A stretch of 64,000 nucleotides of DNA from Oscillospiraceae bacterium (GTDB lineage Bacteria; Bacillota; Clostridia; Oscillospirales; Ruminococcaceae). The stretch spans positions 88,491 through 152,490 of the forward strand of contig JAGAWT010000031.1 of NCBI GenBank assembly GCA_018110985.1, read 5' to 3'. Positions 19,482 to 28,640 of this stretch are shown here, one piece after another (positions within the stretch are counted from its first letter, which is position 1; every line of letters begins with the position of its first letter). The notes beneath the pieces were generated by a model, which had not been told where the DNA came from, ran no database searches, and worked only from the letters and a program-made list of their open reading frames with translations. The position numbers and the translations under genes were made by a program.

Positions 19482-22400
19482 TCAGTTGCTGTCCTCCAGC
19501 ACCATTATGCGGAGGGGTTCGATCTGACCGTTGCGGGAAGCAAGATACTGATATTCGCTGTACTCCCATGTATAAAGGGCAGAACGTTTCAGATTTATCT
19601 TGACCTCCCTCTCGGGAGAGTTGCTGTCATATGCCACAAGAATAAAGGAATCGGGATCTGTGTTGTCTCTTGTAAGGCGTATGGCGTTAAGGGCATTCGA
19701 GCCGTAGGTTATGACGGCGGGACTGCCGTTTGTGAGCTCATAAACGAGGGTATCCATGGCAAGATCTCCCTGATAGCCGAAATCGTAGATCTTCACATTC
19801 TTGTCCACGCTTTCGGGGAGCTTGCAGTACCAGTTTATCATCCTCATGACCTCAAGATCCTCGCCCTCACAGAGGTTGCTGTCGATGAGCACACACTCAT
19901 AGCTGGTAAAGGGGCGCATGGTGTGGTTGGTTATGGCTGCAAGGAACTTGTCAAAGCCGGACTGCTCGGGCACCGTAAAATTGTAATTTGCAGTGGTTAT
20001 CCTGAAGCCCGACTTTTCTATAAAGCTCCTGGTCTTGTCGTTGAAGCGGAGGAGCCCCGTGGAATTTACATGGTTCCAGTCCCACTTATCATCTATTTTA
20101 AGATATTCGTTGTACTTGTCCAGTATATCCACATGGATGTCATGAAGGCTCAGCTTTCCTATGGAAAGCCCATCATTGGTGCTGATATTATAGCCGTATA
20201 TGTTCTCGTTACCGTCTGTCCGGAAGGGCTTTCCCGTAAGCCCCAGAGCACCGCTGTAATAATCGCAGATAAGCCCTGCTATGCCCACATCGGCACCGTT
20301 CGGCGCAAAGTCGGAGCGGAAATTGGTGTATCCGAATCCGTCACGCTGAACATCAAAGCCGGAATCACCGATGATAAAGCCTGTTTCTCCTGTCTCCTCA
20401 TTTACCACCACCTGATTGTAGGACATGAAGTTCTTTATCTTCTCGTAGATATTCTCCAGTGCATCCGCATTGGTCGCCTGGAAGAACTGTCCGTTGGTGG
20501 ATGATGCAAAGTTGATAAGGTATTCCGTGTTTATGGCACGTCCCAGACCTATGGTAAATACGGTGATATTCTTCTGCTTTGCCTCGGCTATCACCTTCTT
20601 GTCCCTGTCTATCTCCATCTTGGTGGGCATACCGTCTGTGAGCAGTACCACATAGTTCCTGTCGGAGCGGTCTATCTCACCGAATTCAAGGAGAGCGTGT
20701 TCAAGGGCTTCGGAGATCTGTGTGCCGTTTGAGGAGAAGGGCTGTGTACGGATGTTGTCTATTTTGCTCTTTACTTTCTCTATATCCGAGGAGATCTCCA
20801 CGGTCCTTTTGTAGGATCCCGCTCCGGAAAATTCACCGGCGCCGAAGCGCACAGGCTCACCCAGCATATCGATGAGGTTCAGTGCCATGTCAAGGCGCTT
20901 GAAGTCCACATCGTTTTCCTCCGAACCGGGACATACCTCCTGTGGGTACATGGAGCCGGAATTGTCAAAGAGGAAAAAGACCTGTGTCTTTCCCTTATCC
21001 ATAGCCACGGGAGCATCAAAAAGGGCATAGGTGCCGTTCATGTTCACATGGCAGGAAACAGTCTTGTTCTGACTGCTGTGCTCACTGGGGAGCTGCTCAA
21101 ACCTCATCTTCTTGGGATCGTAGCGGAATATTGCAAGCTCATCAGTAGAAAGTCCCTTTTCTGAGACAGTCGCTTCGTCATATTTGAATGTCATGACCGC
21201 ATCGGTGTAGGACATATTGCTGTTGAACTCGTAGGCGCCGCCTATCATACCGGGAGTACCGTTCAGGGTGTAGTTCTTCACGGGTGTGAGCGTAACTGCG
21301 GCAGCCTTGGATATATCCCTTATCACCACGGTCACATCATCACCGGAAATGGTGGTGCTGCCTATTACAAGGGAATCCTTTGTAACGCCGTCGGTCATGG
21401 AGTTGGTAGGGTCAAGCCCGGTCTTTACCTCCATACCGTCGGAAAGACCGTCACTGTCCGTATCTTCTCTCTTGGGATCCGTGTTGTTTGCAAGCTCGTA
21501 GCGGTCGTCAAGACCGTCTCCGTCGGAATCCGCAGCCCCGGGATGGAGATCCAGCGTATCCTTTTCCTGTAAGGAAAGGTCAGCCATATCCGGCATCTTG
21601 TAGGGGATGCTTTCATCGGTCACGAGCCTGTTGAGGGCTGTAAGCTCCCTGCCCATATCCCCGTAAAAGACCGCAGCCTTTCTCCCGGAATAGATAAATG
21701 CGGCTATGTAGAGCCCTGCGATGATAACAAAGGCGATAAGTATGCCCCTGACCGCTCCCATGCCTGCAAGCTCGCTGTTGTAGCTGCGCTTCACCGCATT
21801 TTTTCTGACCTTGGCGGTACCGTGGGAAACAGCTCCTGTTTCGGAGGTGCGGCTTATCTTTCCGCCATTGTTCTTTTCCTCCGCCTGATCCTGCTTTTCA
21901 CGCAGAGCCTGCTCACGCTGACGGCTCCGTTCCTCTGCCTCCTTGCGGCGCTGCTGGGCAAGGACTGCCTTTTCGTGGCGTTCCTTTTCACGGCGCACCC
22001 TTTCCTCTTCACGGTGCCTCAGTTCCTCATCCTCCGCCAGCTTCTTGGCTCTTGCGGAGGAAAGGTCACGATCAAGGGCATCAAGTGCAGCCTCACGGCG
22101 TGCAAGCTCCGCCTGTGACACGGGCGGACCTCCCGATGCTTTTCCCTCTGCACTGTGGAGCGCCTCAAAGGATATCTCGTTGTTTCTGTCGTAGGTGCTT
22201 ACCCTGCCGCTGTCCACATCCTTGTAAAGCTCCTGCTCCAAAGCCTTTGAAGGCAGTTCCTCTCCGGCCTTTCTGGCTTCCTCGCCCTCAGTGTCTCCCG
22301 TCGGCTCCGCCGCTTTTTCGGGGATGTTCTCCGAGGGTGGCTCATCCTCCGCAGCAGTCCAGACCTCATCGGGCTCCGCTTCAAGAGCGGCTTTTTTCAG

Positions 22401-22589
22401 TTCCTCAATGGCAGCCCTGTTTTCCTCTTCCTCTATGCGTGCCACCTCATGGGTTATTTCACCCAAAGCCGCAGCAGCACCTGAAGAAGGCTTTGCCGCC
22501 TTTTCCCCTGCCTCCGGAGACTGCAGGGATCCGTCCTTCTTTGCCGCTTCCGCCCTTTCGGGACGGCTCTTTTTCTTCTTCTTGCTCAT
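19482..22589 (-). CDS. Type-II membrane protein with a charged cytoplasmic N-terminal region, TSP3/dockerin-like Ca-binding repeats, a VWA (MIDAS) domain and a large C-terminal domain
   Basis: ~290-aa K/E/R-rich low-complexity N-terminus. Single TM (GILIAFVIIAGLYIAAFIY). D-x-D-G-D repeats. VWA with DNSGSM MIDAS. ~550-aa uncharacterised C-terminal region. Confidence 0.75.
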   Translation of the reverse strand: MSKKKKKSRPERAEAAKKDGSLQSPEAGEKAAKPSSGAAAALGEITHEVARIEEEENRAAIEELKKAALEAEPDEVWTAAEDEPPSENIPEKAAEPTGDTEGEEARKAGEELPSKALEQELYKDVDSGRVSTYDRNNEISFEALHSAEGKASGGPPVSQAELARREAALDALDRDLSSARAKKLAEDEELRHREEERVRREKERHEKAVLAQQRRKEAEERSRQREQALREKQDQAEEKNNGGKISRTSETGAVSHGTAKVRKNAVKRSYNSELAGMGAVRGILIAFVIIAGLYIAAFIYSGRKAAVFYGDMGRELTALNRLVTDESIPYKMPDMADLSLQEKDTLDLHPGAADSDGDGLDDRYELANNTDPKREDTDSDGLSDGMEVKTGLDPTNSMTDGVTKDSLVIGSTTISGDDVTVVIRDISKAAAVTLTPVKNYTLNGTPGMIGGAYEFNSNMSYTDAVMTFKYDEATVSEKGLSTDELAIFRYDPKKMRFEQLPSEHSSQNKTVSCHVNMNGTYALFDAPVAMDKGKTQVFFLFDNSGSMYPQEVCPGSEENDVDFKRLDMALNLIDMLGEPVRFGAGEFSGAGSYKRTVEISSDIEKVKSKIDNIRTQPFSSNGTQISEALEHALLEFGEIDRSDRNYVVLLTDGMPTKMEIDRDKKVIAEAKQKNITVFTIGLGRAINTEYLINFASSTNGQFFQATNADALENIYEKIKNFMSYNQVVVNEETGETGFIIGDSGFDVQRDGFGYTNFRSDFAPNGADVGIAGLICDYYSGALGLTGKPFRTDGNENIYGYNISTNDGLSIGKLSLHDIHVDILDKYNEYLKIDDKWDWNHVNSTGLLRFNDKTRSFIEKSGFRITTANYNFTVPEQSGFDKFLAAITNHTMRPFTSYECVLIDSNLCEGEDLEVMRMINWYCKLPESVDKNVKIYDFGYQGDLAMDTLVYELTNGSPAVITYGSNALNAIRLTRDNTDPDSFILVAYDSNSPEREVKINLKRSALYTWEYSEYQYLASRNGQIEPLRIMVLEDSN

Positions 22590-22651
22590 GATCCACCTTT
22601 TAACTCGTAAAAGAAAAATCCTTGTATCACACTGTATCTATATAAGATCTA

Positions 22652-24664
22652 TCATGCCTCTGCGCTCTTTTCAAACTGGGAGGGATGCCTTTTGAAGAAA
22701 TCCACTCTGGGCTCCAGGAATTTCAGCCTGTGACCCTCTCCGACGGTGTCGTGAAGAGTACTGAAAATGTTGTCCCAGCTCCAGATGCTGTCATCAAGTC
22801 CCATGTAGTCAGCAGTCATCTGAGTTCCTGTGGGTGCAAAGGGGTGGAGCAGCACAGCGGCTGTCTTGATCATATGGAACATATCGGACAGGTACTGTGC
22901 CCTTACTTCCGCATCATCGGACTTATCCGCCTCTGCCTTCGCCTTGGACATATACTTGCTGGCATTTCTTATGTAGGAATCCAGCACATAGGTCACCTGA
23001 TGGAACTCTGTGGTGTACATATAATGCTCGTATTCGAGCACCGCCTGTTCACTGTCCGAGATCATCTTTTCGCTGACGGGACGGGCGGGCATGATACCGT
23101 CAAAGTATTCCTGTGTGTCGTAGAACGCTGTCCTTATGATGCGGTTGAAAACTTTTGTCAGCAGGAAGCCTTCCTTGTTTACGGGATCGCTGTCCTTTTC
23201 GCCGGCATCCGGATCGAAGTGCTTGGGGCAGAAGCTGACACTTCTCTGTCCGAGAGCCAGTCCCAGCCAGTGCATACGCAGCTCTTCGGGGGTATAGAAG
23301 TTCAGGAGCTCGTCAGCCATGGGAGGCTTTATCTCTCCGCTGGAGGATGCCTTTTTGTCCAGGAAGAGGATGTGATGGTTTGCCACAAGCACGGGTATGC
23401 TCAGGTGATCGCCAGTATCTGCGGGATCTATCTTATCCATGTCAGATGACTGGAGAGCCAGCCACATACCGAGCTGTGCCACACCGTAGAAATAGATGTT
23501 GTCCTGACCTATGAACTGATAAACGGTGGAATCCTTGCTGCACCACCATTTCTTCCATTCATCTTCGCCGCAGCCCCTTTCTTCAAGGACGCAGCGTGTA
23601 AAGGAGATGGGGGCCCACAAGGATTCGGGCCACACCCACACGGTGAGCCCCTCCTCTCCCTCAAGGGAGGGTGCGGGAACGCCCCAATCTATGTTTCCCG
23701 TGAGCCTGAAAGGAACAAGGGTCTTGCCCTCACGCAGGCGTATGCCGTTCTTGGTAAGTATCTCCGTTGCCTTGTCACGGTCGGAGAGCTTTTCAAAGAC
23801 AAGCGTAAAGGAGGTCTTTTTTTCCTCCTCTATGAGCCTGTGGGGAGGGAGAGTATCTGCCAGCTCCCTGTAACGGTCAAGGAACTTGTTCAGTATATAA
23901 GTGACGGGCGGCTCCAGAAACTCCTTTATGGTCTTTGTGACCACGGGACGGACATTTTCCTTCTTCTCCGCATTCTCTGTCATTTTCCTTAAAAGGTCGT
24001 TGAAGCGGGGGAGCCTGAAGTACCAGTTTTCCACATTTTTCATGATGGGCACATCGCCTGTCAGGGTCGAGCGGGGATCTATAAGGTTTATGGGATTGTA
24101 GGAATGACCCAGATCACATTCGTCCGCATAAGCCTTTTCGGATTTGCAGCCCTCTACGGGACACTTGCCCACCACCTGTCTGCCGTTCAGGAAAGTACCT
24201 GCCTTTTCATCAAAGAACTGGGCTGTGGACAGCTTTTCAAGGTGACCCATCTCGTAGAGCTTCCTTATGACCTCCTCGGACACCCTGTTGTGTACCTCGG
24301 CGGAGTGGCCGAGCCCGGATGCGCCGAAAAGGTCAAGGCTTATCATATAGTCTCCGAGAGTCTTTTTCTGAGCTTCGTGGTTTCTCTTGACATAATCCTC
24401 TATACTGCCTTCAAAGCCCGCTTCCTTTGCCTTTCTCCAGCCCTCTGCGATGGGAGAGCCGTAGCAGTCGGTGCCGGAGACAAAGATAACATTTTCCTTT
24501 CCTATCCTGTCTCTGAGAAACCTTGCATAAACATCGGCAAAGGCGAAAACACCGCCCACATGACCGAAATGAAGGGTCTTGTTGCCATAGGGCATACCCC
24601 CTGTTATCACTGCCCTTGCAGGGAATGAGGGGCGGTTTTCCTTTGTAAAGCTTTTTCGTGCCAT
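22652..24664 (-). CDS. Divergent methionyl-tRNA-synthetase-like class I aaRS paralog with degenerate signature motifs
   Basis: MetRS hallmarks (PYGNKTLHFGH, FVSGTDCYG, CP..GC zinc knuckle, YQFIGQDNIYF, anticodon-domain LLHPFAP), but KMSKS is replaced by K-A-S-S-S and TDEHG by TDCYG. Confidence 0.65.
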   Translation of the reverse strand: MARKSFTKENRPSFPARAVITGGMPYGNKTLHFGHVGGVFAFADVYARFLRDRIGKENVIFVSGTDCYGSPIAEGWRKAKEAGFEGSIEDYVKRNHEAQKKTLGDYMISLDLFGASGLGHSAEVHNRVSEEVIRKLYEMGHLEKLSTAQFFDEKAGTFLNGRQVVGKCPVEGCKSEKAYADECDLGHSYNPINLIDPRSTLTGDVPIMKNVENWYFRLPRFNDLLRKMTENAEKKENVRPVVTKTIKEFLEPPVTYILNKFLDRYRELADTLPPHRLIEEEKKTSFTLVFEKLSDRDKATEILTKNGIRLREGKTLVPFRLTGNIDWGVPAPSLEGEEGLTVWVWPESLWAPISFTRCVLEERGCGEDEWKKWWCSKDSTVYQFIGQDNIYFYGVAQLGMWLALQSSDMDKIDPADTGDHLSIPVLVANHHILFLDKKASSSGEIKPPMADELLNFYTPEELRMHWLGLALGQRSVSFCPKHFDPDAGEKDSDPVNKEGFLLTKVFNRIIRTAFYDTQEYFDGIMPARPVSEKMISDSEQAVLEYEHYMYTTEFHQVTYVLDSYIRNASKYMSKAKAEADKSDDAEVRAQYLSDMFHMIKTAAVLLHPFAPTGTQMTADYMGLDDSIWSWDNIFSTLHDTVGEGHRLKFLEPRVDFFKRHPSQFEKSAEA

Positions 24665-24869
24665 ATCTATCCTATACTCCTTGAAAGCGGGTACAATCCC
24701 GCATTATTACATATGATTCCAACTATAAATATAACACATAACCCGGGCGGATGTCAAGGGTAAAAAAACATATACTTCGGGTAAAAAGCCCTATAATGCG
24801 GTCATTTTGTGTTTTTCCGTGACTTGAAAAATTATTTGATGTGTAATGTAAATTTTTTTTGAAAACCCC

Positions 24870-24898
24870 TTGACAAGAGTACTCCCGCAATGTATACT
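24870..24898 (+). promoter_or_regulatory. Sigma-70 consensus-like promoter (TTGACA, 17-nt spacer, TATACT) for the GH31 gene
   Basis: -35 at 24870-24875 and -10 at 24893-24898. Confidence 0.55.
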
Positions 24899-24915
24899 TA
24901 TATTAGCCTTGAAAA

Positions 24916-24929
24916 TGTAATCGTTTTCA
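24916..24929 (+). promoter_or_regulatory. Catabolite-responsive element (cre) TGTAATCGTTTTCA
   Basis: Matches the CcpA cre consensus TGWAANCGNTNWCA at every constrained position. Embedded in an 8-bp hairpin just downstream of the promoter of the alpha-xylosidase gene. Confidence 0.5.
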
Positions 24930-25081
24930 AGAACCAAAAGCTTTCATCCGGACCCCATATCCCGCAAATGTCTGTGCTTGAACGGAGTTTTCGGGATCTT
25001 TTGCCATAAAAAGGGAACTTTCTTTCCCTTGGCACATCCTGCAATTTTCACAGCCAACAAACTTTCAATGGAGGAATTTTT

Positions 25082-27388
25082 ATGAAGTTTGCAGACGGTT
25101 TCTGGCTCAACAAAAAGGGCTACAATGTCCATTATTCCACTCAGGCATATGAGGTGACCCCCATTGAGAACGGTCTCAACATCTACGCCACCACACAGTA
25201 CATCCAGAACAGGGGCATGACTCTCGGCGGTCCCTGCATAGACATAAGCATCACCTCCCGCAGGAAAAATGTTTTCAAGGTGACCATGGAGCACTACAAG
25301 GGCGGTCTTGACAACAAGCCCTCCTTCGACCTTGAGGAGGATGCAGGATATACCCCCGAAATAAAGGAAAAGGAGGACTGCTGGGAGATAGTTTCCGGAG
25401 ACACCAGATGTGTCATAGGAAAGTTCAGCTGGTCCGTCCAGTATTATTACAGGGATAAGAGGCTCACAGGCGGCGCATGGCGCTCCTCCTCCGTCATAGA
25501 CGAAAGCGCTTTTCTTACGGATGCCCGCAACGCCCTTGCCCGTGACGACACCTTCTGGTCCTTCCCCGCAGACGAAAGAAACACTTTCATGCGTGAGCAG
25601 CTCACCATGAATGTAGGTGACTACTACTACGGCTTCGGCGAGAAGTTTACTCCCTTCGTCAAGAACGGTCAGAATGTGGAGATCTGGAACGCCGACGGCG
25701 GCACCTGCTCCGACCAGTCCTACAAGTCTATCCCCTTCTACATCTGTTCCTCCGGCTACGGCGTGCTGGTAAATTCCTCCGACAAGGTCTCCTTTGAGGT
25801 CTGCTCAGACACGGTCTCCAAGGTGTCCTTCACCGTTCCCGGCGAAAAGCTGGAATACTTCATCATTGCAGGCGAGGACATCCCCGAAGTGCTCTCGAAC
25901 TACACAGCCCTTTCGGGAAAGCCCGCTCTTCCTCCCGCCTATACCTTCGGTCTGTGGCTCACCACCTCCTTTACCACCGATTACACCGAGGAAACTGCCG
26001 TTTCCTTCATTGACGGCATGGCAGAAAGAGACATCCCGCTTCAGGTATTCCACTTTGACTGCTTCTGGATGAAGGAATTTGAGTGGTGCAACCTTGAATG
26101 GGATACAAGACAGTTCCCCGACCCGGAGGGTATGCTCTCCCGTCTCAAGACACAGAAGGGACTTGAGATCTGCGTCTGGATAAACCCCTACATTGCCCAG
26201 CGTTCAAAGCTCTTTGACGAGGGCGCAAAGGGCGGCTATTTCATCAAGAATCCGGACGGCAGCGTGTTCCAGTGCGATATGTGGCAGCCGGGAATGGCTC
26301 TTGTGGACTTTACGAACCCCGATGCCGTAAAGTGGTATCAGGATAAGCTGAGAAAGCTCTGCGACATGGGCGTGAACTGCTTCAAGACCGACTTCGGCGA
26401 GAGGATACCCACCAAGGTGGTCTATCACGACGGCTCCGACCCCATCGCAATGCACAACTTCTACACCTATCTGTACAACAAGGCAGTTTTTGAGGTGCTC
26501 GAAGAATACTACGGAAAGAACAAGGCTTGTCTCTTTGCCCGCTCCGCTACGGTGGGCGGTCAGAAATTCCCTGTCCACTGGGGCGGTGACTGCTCTGCGG
26601 AATACACCTCCATGGCAGAGACCATCAGAGGCGGACTTTCACTGTGTATGTCGGGCTTCGGCTTCTTCTCCCACGATATGAGCGGCTTTGAAGCCACTGC
26701 CACACCCGATATCTACAAGCGCTGGGCTGCCTTCGGCCTGTTCTCCACTCATTCAAGGCTCCACGGCAACTCCTCCTATCGTGTTCCCTGGCTCTTTGAC
26801 GAAGAATCGGTAGATGTTCTGCGCCACTTCACCAAGCTCAAGGGCAGGCTGATGCCCTACATCTGGTCACAGGCGATAAAGACCCACGAAACAGGCGTTC
26901 CCATGATGAGAGCCATGGTAGTGGACTTTGCGGATGATGAAGCCTGCCTCACCCTTGACAAGCAGTATATGTTCGGCGAGAACATACTTGCAGCACCCAT
27001 ACTCAACGACAAGGGCTCCGTTCGTTTCTATGTTCCCGAAGGAAAGTGGATCGACATCCAGTCGGGTGAAGTCTTTGAGGGCGGAAAATTCTACACGAAG
27101 ACCTATGATTATTTCGGTCTCCCTGCTCTTGCAAAGCCCGACAGCATCATTGCTTACGGCAGCTTCGAGCGTGATTTCGAGTATGATTATCTTGACGGCA
27201 CGGAGTTCAGGGTATACGCTCCCACCGAGGGCAAAAAGATAACCGCAAAGGTATATGATACCGAAGCAAATGAAGTGTTCTCGATCACGGTTGTCCGTGA
27301 AGGAAACAAGCTGAAGACAGAGCACACTCCCACCGACAAGAAGTTCACCGTAAAGGTCATAGGCGAAGATCTTGAAGTTCTGATGTAA
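25082..27388 (+). CDS. Glycoside hydrolase family 31 alpha-xylosidase/alpha-glucosidase (YicI-like)
   Basis: GH31 catalytic-region motifs (WIDMNE-like, KTDFGE) and YicI-type N-terminal beta-sandwich. 768 aa. Confidence 0.85.
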   Translation: MKFADGFWLNKKGYNVHYSTQAYEVTPIENGLNIYATTQYIQNRGMTLGGPCIDISITSRRKNVFKVTMEHYKGGLDNKPSFDLEEDAGYTPEIKEKEDCWEIVSGDTRCVIGKFSWSVQYYYRDKRLTGGAWRSSSVIDESAFLTDARNALARDDTFWSFPADERNTFMREQLTMNVGDYYYGFGEKFTPFVKNGQNVEIWNADGGTCSDQSYKSIPFYICSSGYGVLVNSSDKVSFEVCSDTVSKVSFTVPGEKLEYFIIAGEDIPEVLSNYTALSGKPALPPAYTFGLWLTTSFTTDYTEETAVSFIDGMAERDIPLQVFHFDCFWMKEFEWCNLEWDTRQFPDPEGMLSRLKTQKGLEICVWINPYIAQRSKLFDEGAKGGYFIKNPDGSVFQCDMWQPGMALVDFTNPDAVKWYQDKLRKLCDMGVNCFKTDFGERIPTKVVYHDGSDPIAMHNFYTYLYNKAVFEVLEEYYGKNKACLFARSATVGGQKFPVHWGGDCSAEYTSMAETIRGGLSLCMSGFGFFSHDMSGFEATATPDIYKRWAAFGLFSTHSRLHGNSSYRVPWLFDEESVDVLRHFTKLKGRLMPYIWSQAIKTHETGVPMMRAMVVDFADDEACLTLDKQYMFGENILAAPILNDKGSVRFYVPEGKWIDIQSGEVFEGGKFYTKTYDYFGLPALAKPDSIIAYGSFERDFEYDYLDGTEFRVYAPTEGKKITAKVYDTEANEVFSITVVREGNKLKTEHTPTDKKFTVKVIGEDLEVLM

Positions 27389-27413
27389 AGGCAAAACGCT
27401 GTTATCAGCATAA

Positions 27414-27459
27414 AGCAGCAGCATTTCCGGCAGATGTCGGAAATGCTGCTGCTTTTTTT
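27414..27459 (+). terminator. Rho-independent terminator
   Basis: AGCAGCAGCATTTCCG-GCAGATGT-CGGAAATGCTGCTGCT followed by TTTTTTT. Confidence 0.65.
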
Positions 27460-27597
27460 GCATTATCGGCGGAGAGTACACAGGCGGGAACGATACCGTC
27501 CCCTTCTCTGTATACCAAAACAGGTACAAATGCCGCAGAAAATGTTCTGTTTGCGGTATGCTTTCATTCAAAAAGGCTTTATCAGGAAAGATATGCG

Positions 27598-27891
27598 TCA
27601 GAAGAAAAGGTTTGTGACATAAGCCGCCGCAGAAGCCGCAAAGGCCACTATTATGAGCGGCTGCTCGAAGAAAGCGAGTATAAGTGCGATAAGCGCAGCC
27701 GCCGCCCCCGAAACAGGGTTGCCGGTGCTCTCTGCCATAGCGGGGAAGGTCATGGCGGAAAGGACGGCATAGGGGATATAGTCAAGGAAGCGGCGCAGCC
27801 TTTCCGACTTTATCTCCTTTCTGAAAAGGGTAAAGGGTATGACCCTGATAAGGTAGGTGACACCCGCCATTACGATCATATAAGCTGCCAT
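27598..27891 (-). CDS. azlD: Branched-chain amino acid exporter small subunit AzlD
   Basis: ~97 aa, three TM segments, typical AzlD sequence. Start adjacent to the azlC stop. Confidence 0.75.
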   Translation of the reverse strand: MAAYMIVMAGVTYLIRVIPFTLFRKEIKSERLRRFLDYIPYAVLSAMTFPAMAESTGNPVSGAAAALIALILAFFEQPLIIVAFAASAAAYVTNLFF

Positions 27892-28578
27892 TTACTTTTC
27901 CCCCTCTCCCTTGAAAACGAAGACTGTCACACCTGCGGACAATACAGCGGACAATATGACCGACAGACCGGAGGACACAAAGGGCAGCTTTCTGAGTATT
28001 ATGTTCAGCACTGCCGCCAGTACCACCGAAAAGAGAACATCCCTCTTTTTCTTTGAGGGCGGTATGATTATGGCTATAAACATACCGTAAAGCATGACAC
28101 CCAGTGCGGCGGTGATGTCCGAGGGCAGCACCTGCCCCATGGTAGCCCCGAAAAGGGTGCCAAGCGTCCACCCCGAGACCGCTACCGCAGCCACTCCGTA
28201 CATAAAGCGGGGGACGAGCTTGCCCTCCACACTGTAGCACACCGCAAAGATCTCATCCGTGATAAAGTGGGCGCCAAGGAGCCGACAGGGCACAGTAAAG
28301 CTCTCTGCGGTCTTTTGTGAGAGGGATATCGCCATAAGGGCGTAGCGGATATTTATGACAAACTGCACCAGTGCCATTTCCGCAAGGCTGCCGTGTTCGG
28401 AGATCACATCCACTCCTGCTGCCTGCCCTGCGGATGTGAGGTTGGTGAGGGAGATGAGCACCGCTTCATCCGCTCCCAGACCCGCTCTTACCGCCATTAT
28501 GCCGAAGCTGAACGCCACCGCAAAGTAGCCCAGCCCGATGGGTATGCCGTTTTTAAGACCTTTTGCAAAATAGTTCAT
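27892..28578 (-). CDS. azlC: Branched-chain amino acid exporter AzlC
   Basis: AzlC family N-terminus (MNYFAKGLKNGIPIGLGYFAVAFSFG). Confidence 0.8.
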   Translation of the reverse strand: MNYFAKGLKNGIPIGLGYFAVAFSFGIMAVRAGLGADEAVLISLTNLTSAGQAAGVDVISEHGSLAEMALVQFVINIRYALMAISLSQKTAESFTVPCRLLGAHFITDEIFAVCYSVEGKLVPRFMYGVAAVAVSGWTLGTLFGATMGQVLPSDITAALGVMLYGMFIAIIIPPSKKKRDVLFSVVLAAVLNIILRKLPFVSSGLSVILSAVLSAGVTVFVFKGEGEK

Positions 28579-28640
28579 AGATCGTCTCTTTTCAACAACA
28601 AGAGCGAGGGAACAATGTCCCTCGTTCTGTCGGTTTGTAT

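Noticed and set aside
19473-20504. 343-aa plus-strand ORF
   Set aside because: Antisense to the VWA gene C-terminal domain. No motif support.
22685-23449. 254-aa plus-strand ORF
   Set aside because: Antisense to the MetRS-like gene.
24665-24870. T-box leader upstream of the MetRS-like gene (and upstream of aspS at 12562-12613)
   Set aside because: No AATTAGGGTGGNACCGCG-like T-box sequence or specifier-loop architecture is visible. The aspS leader is only ~50 nt.
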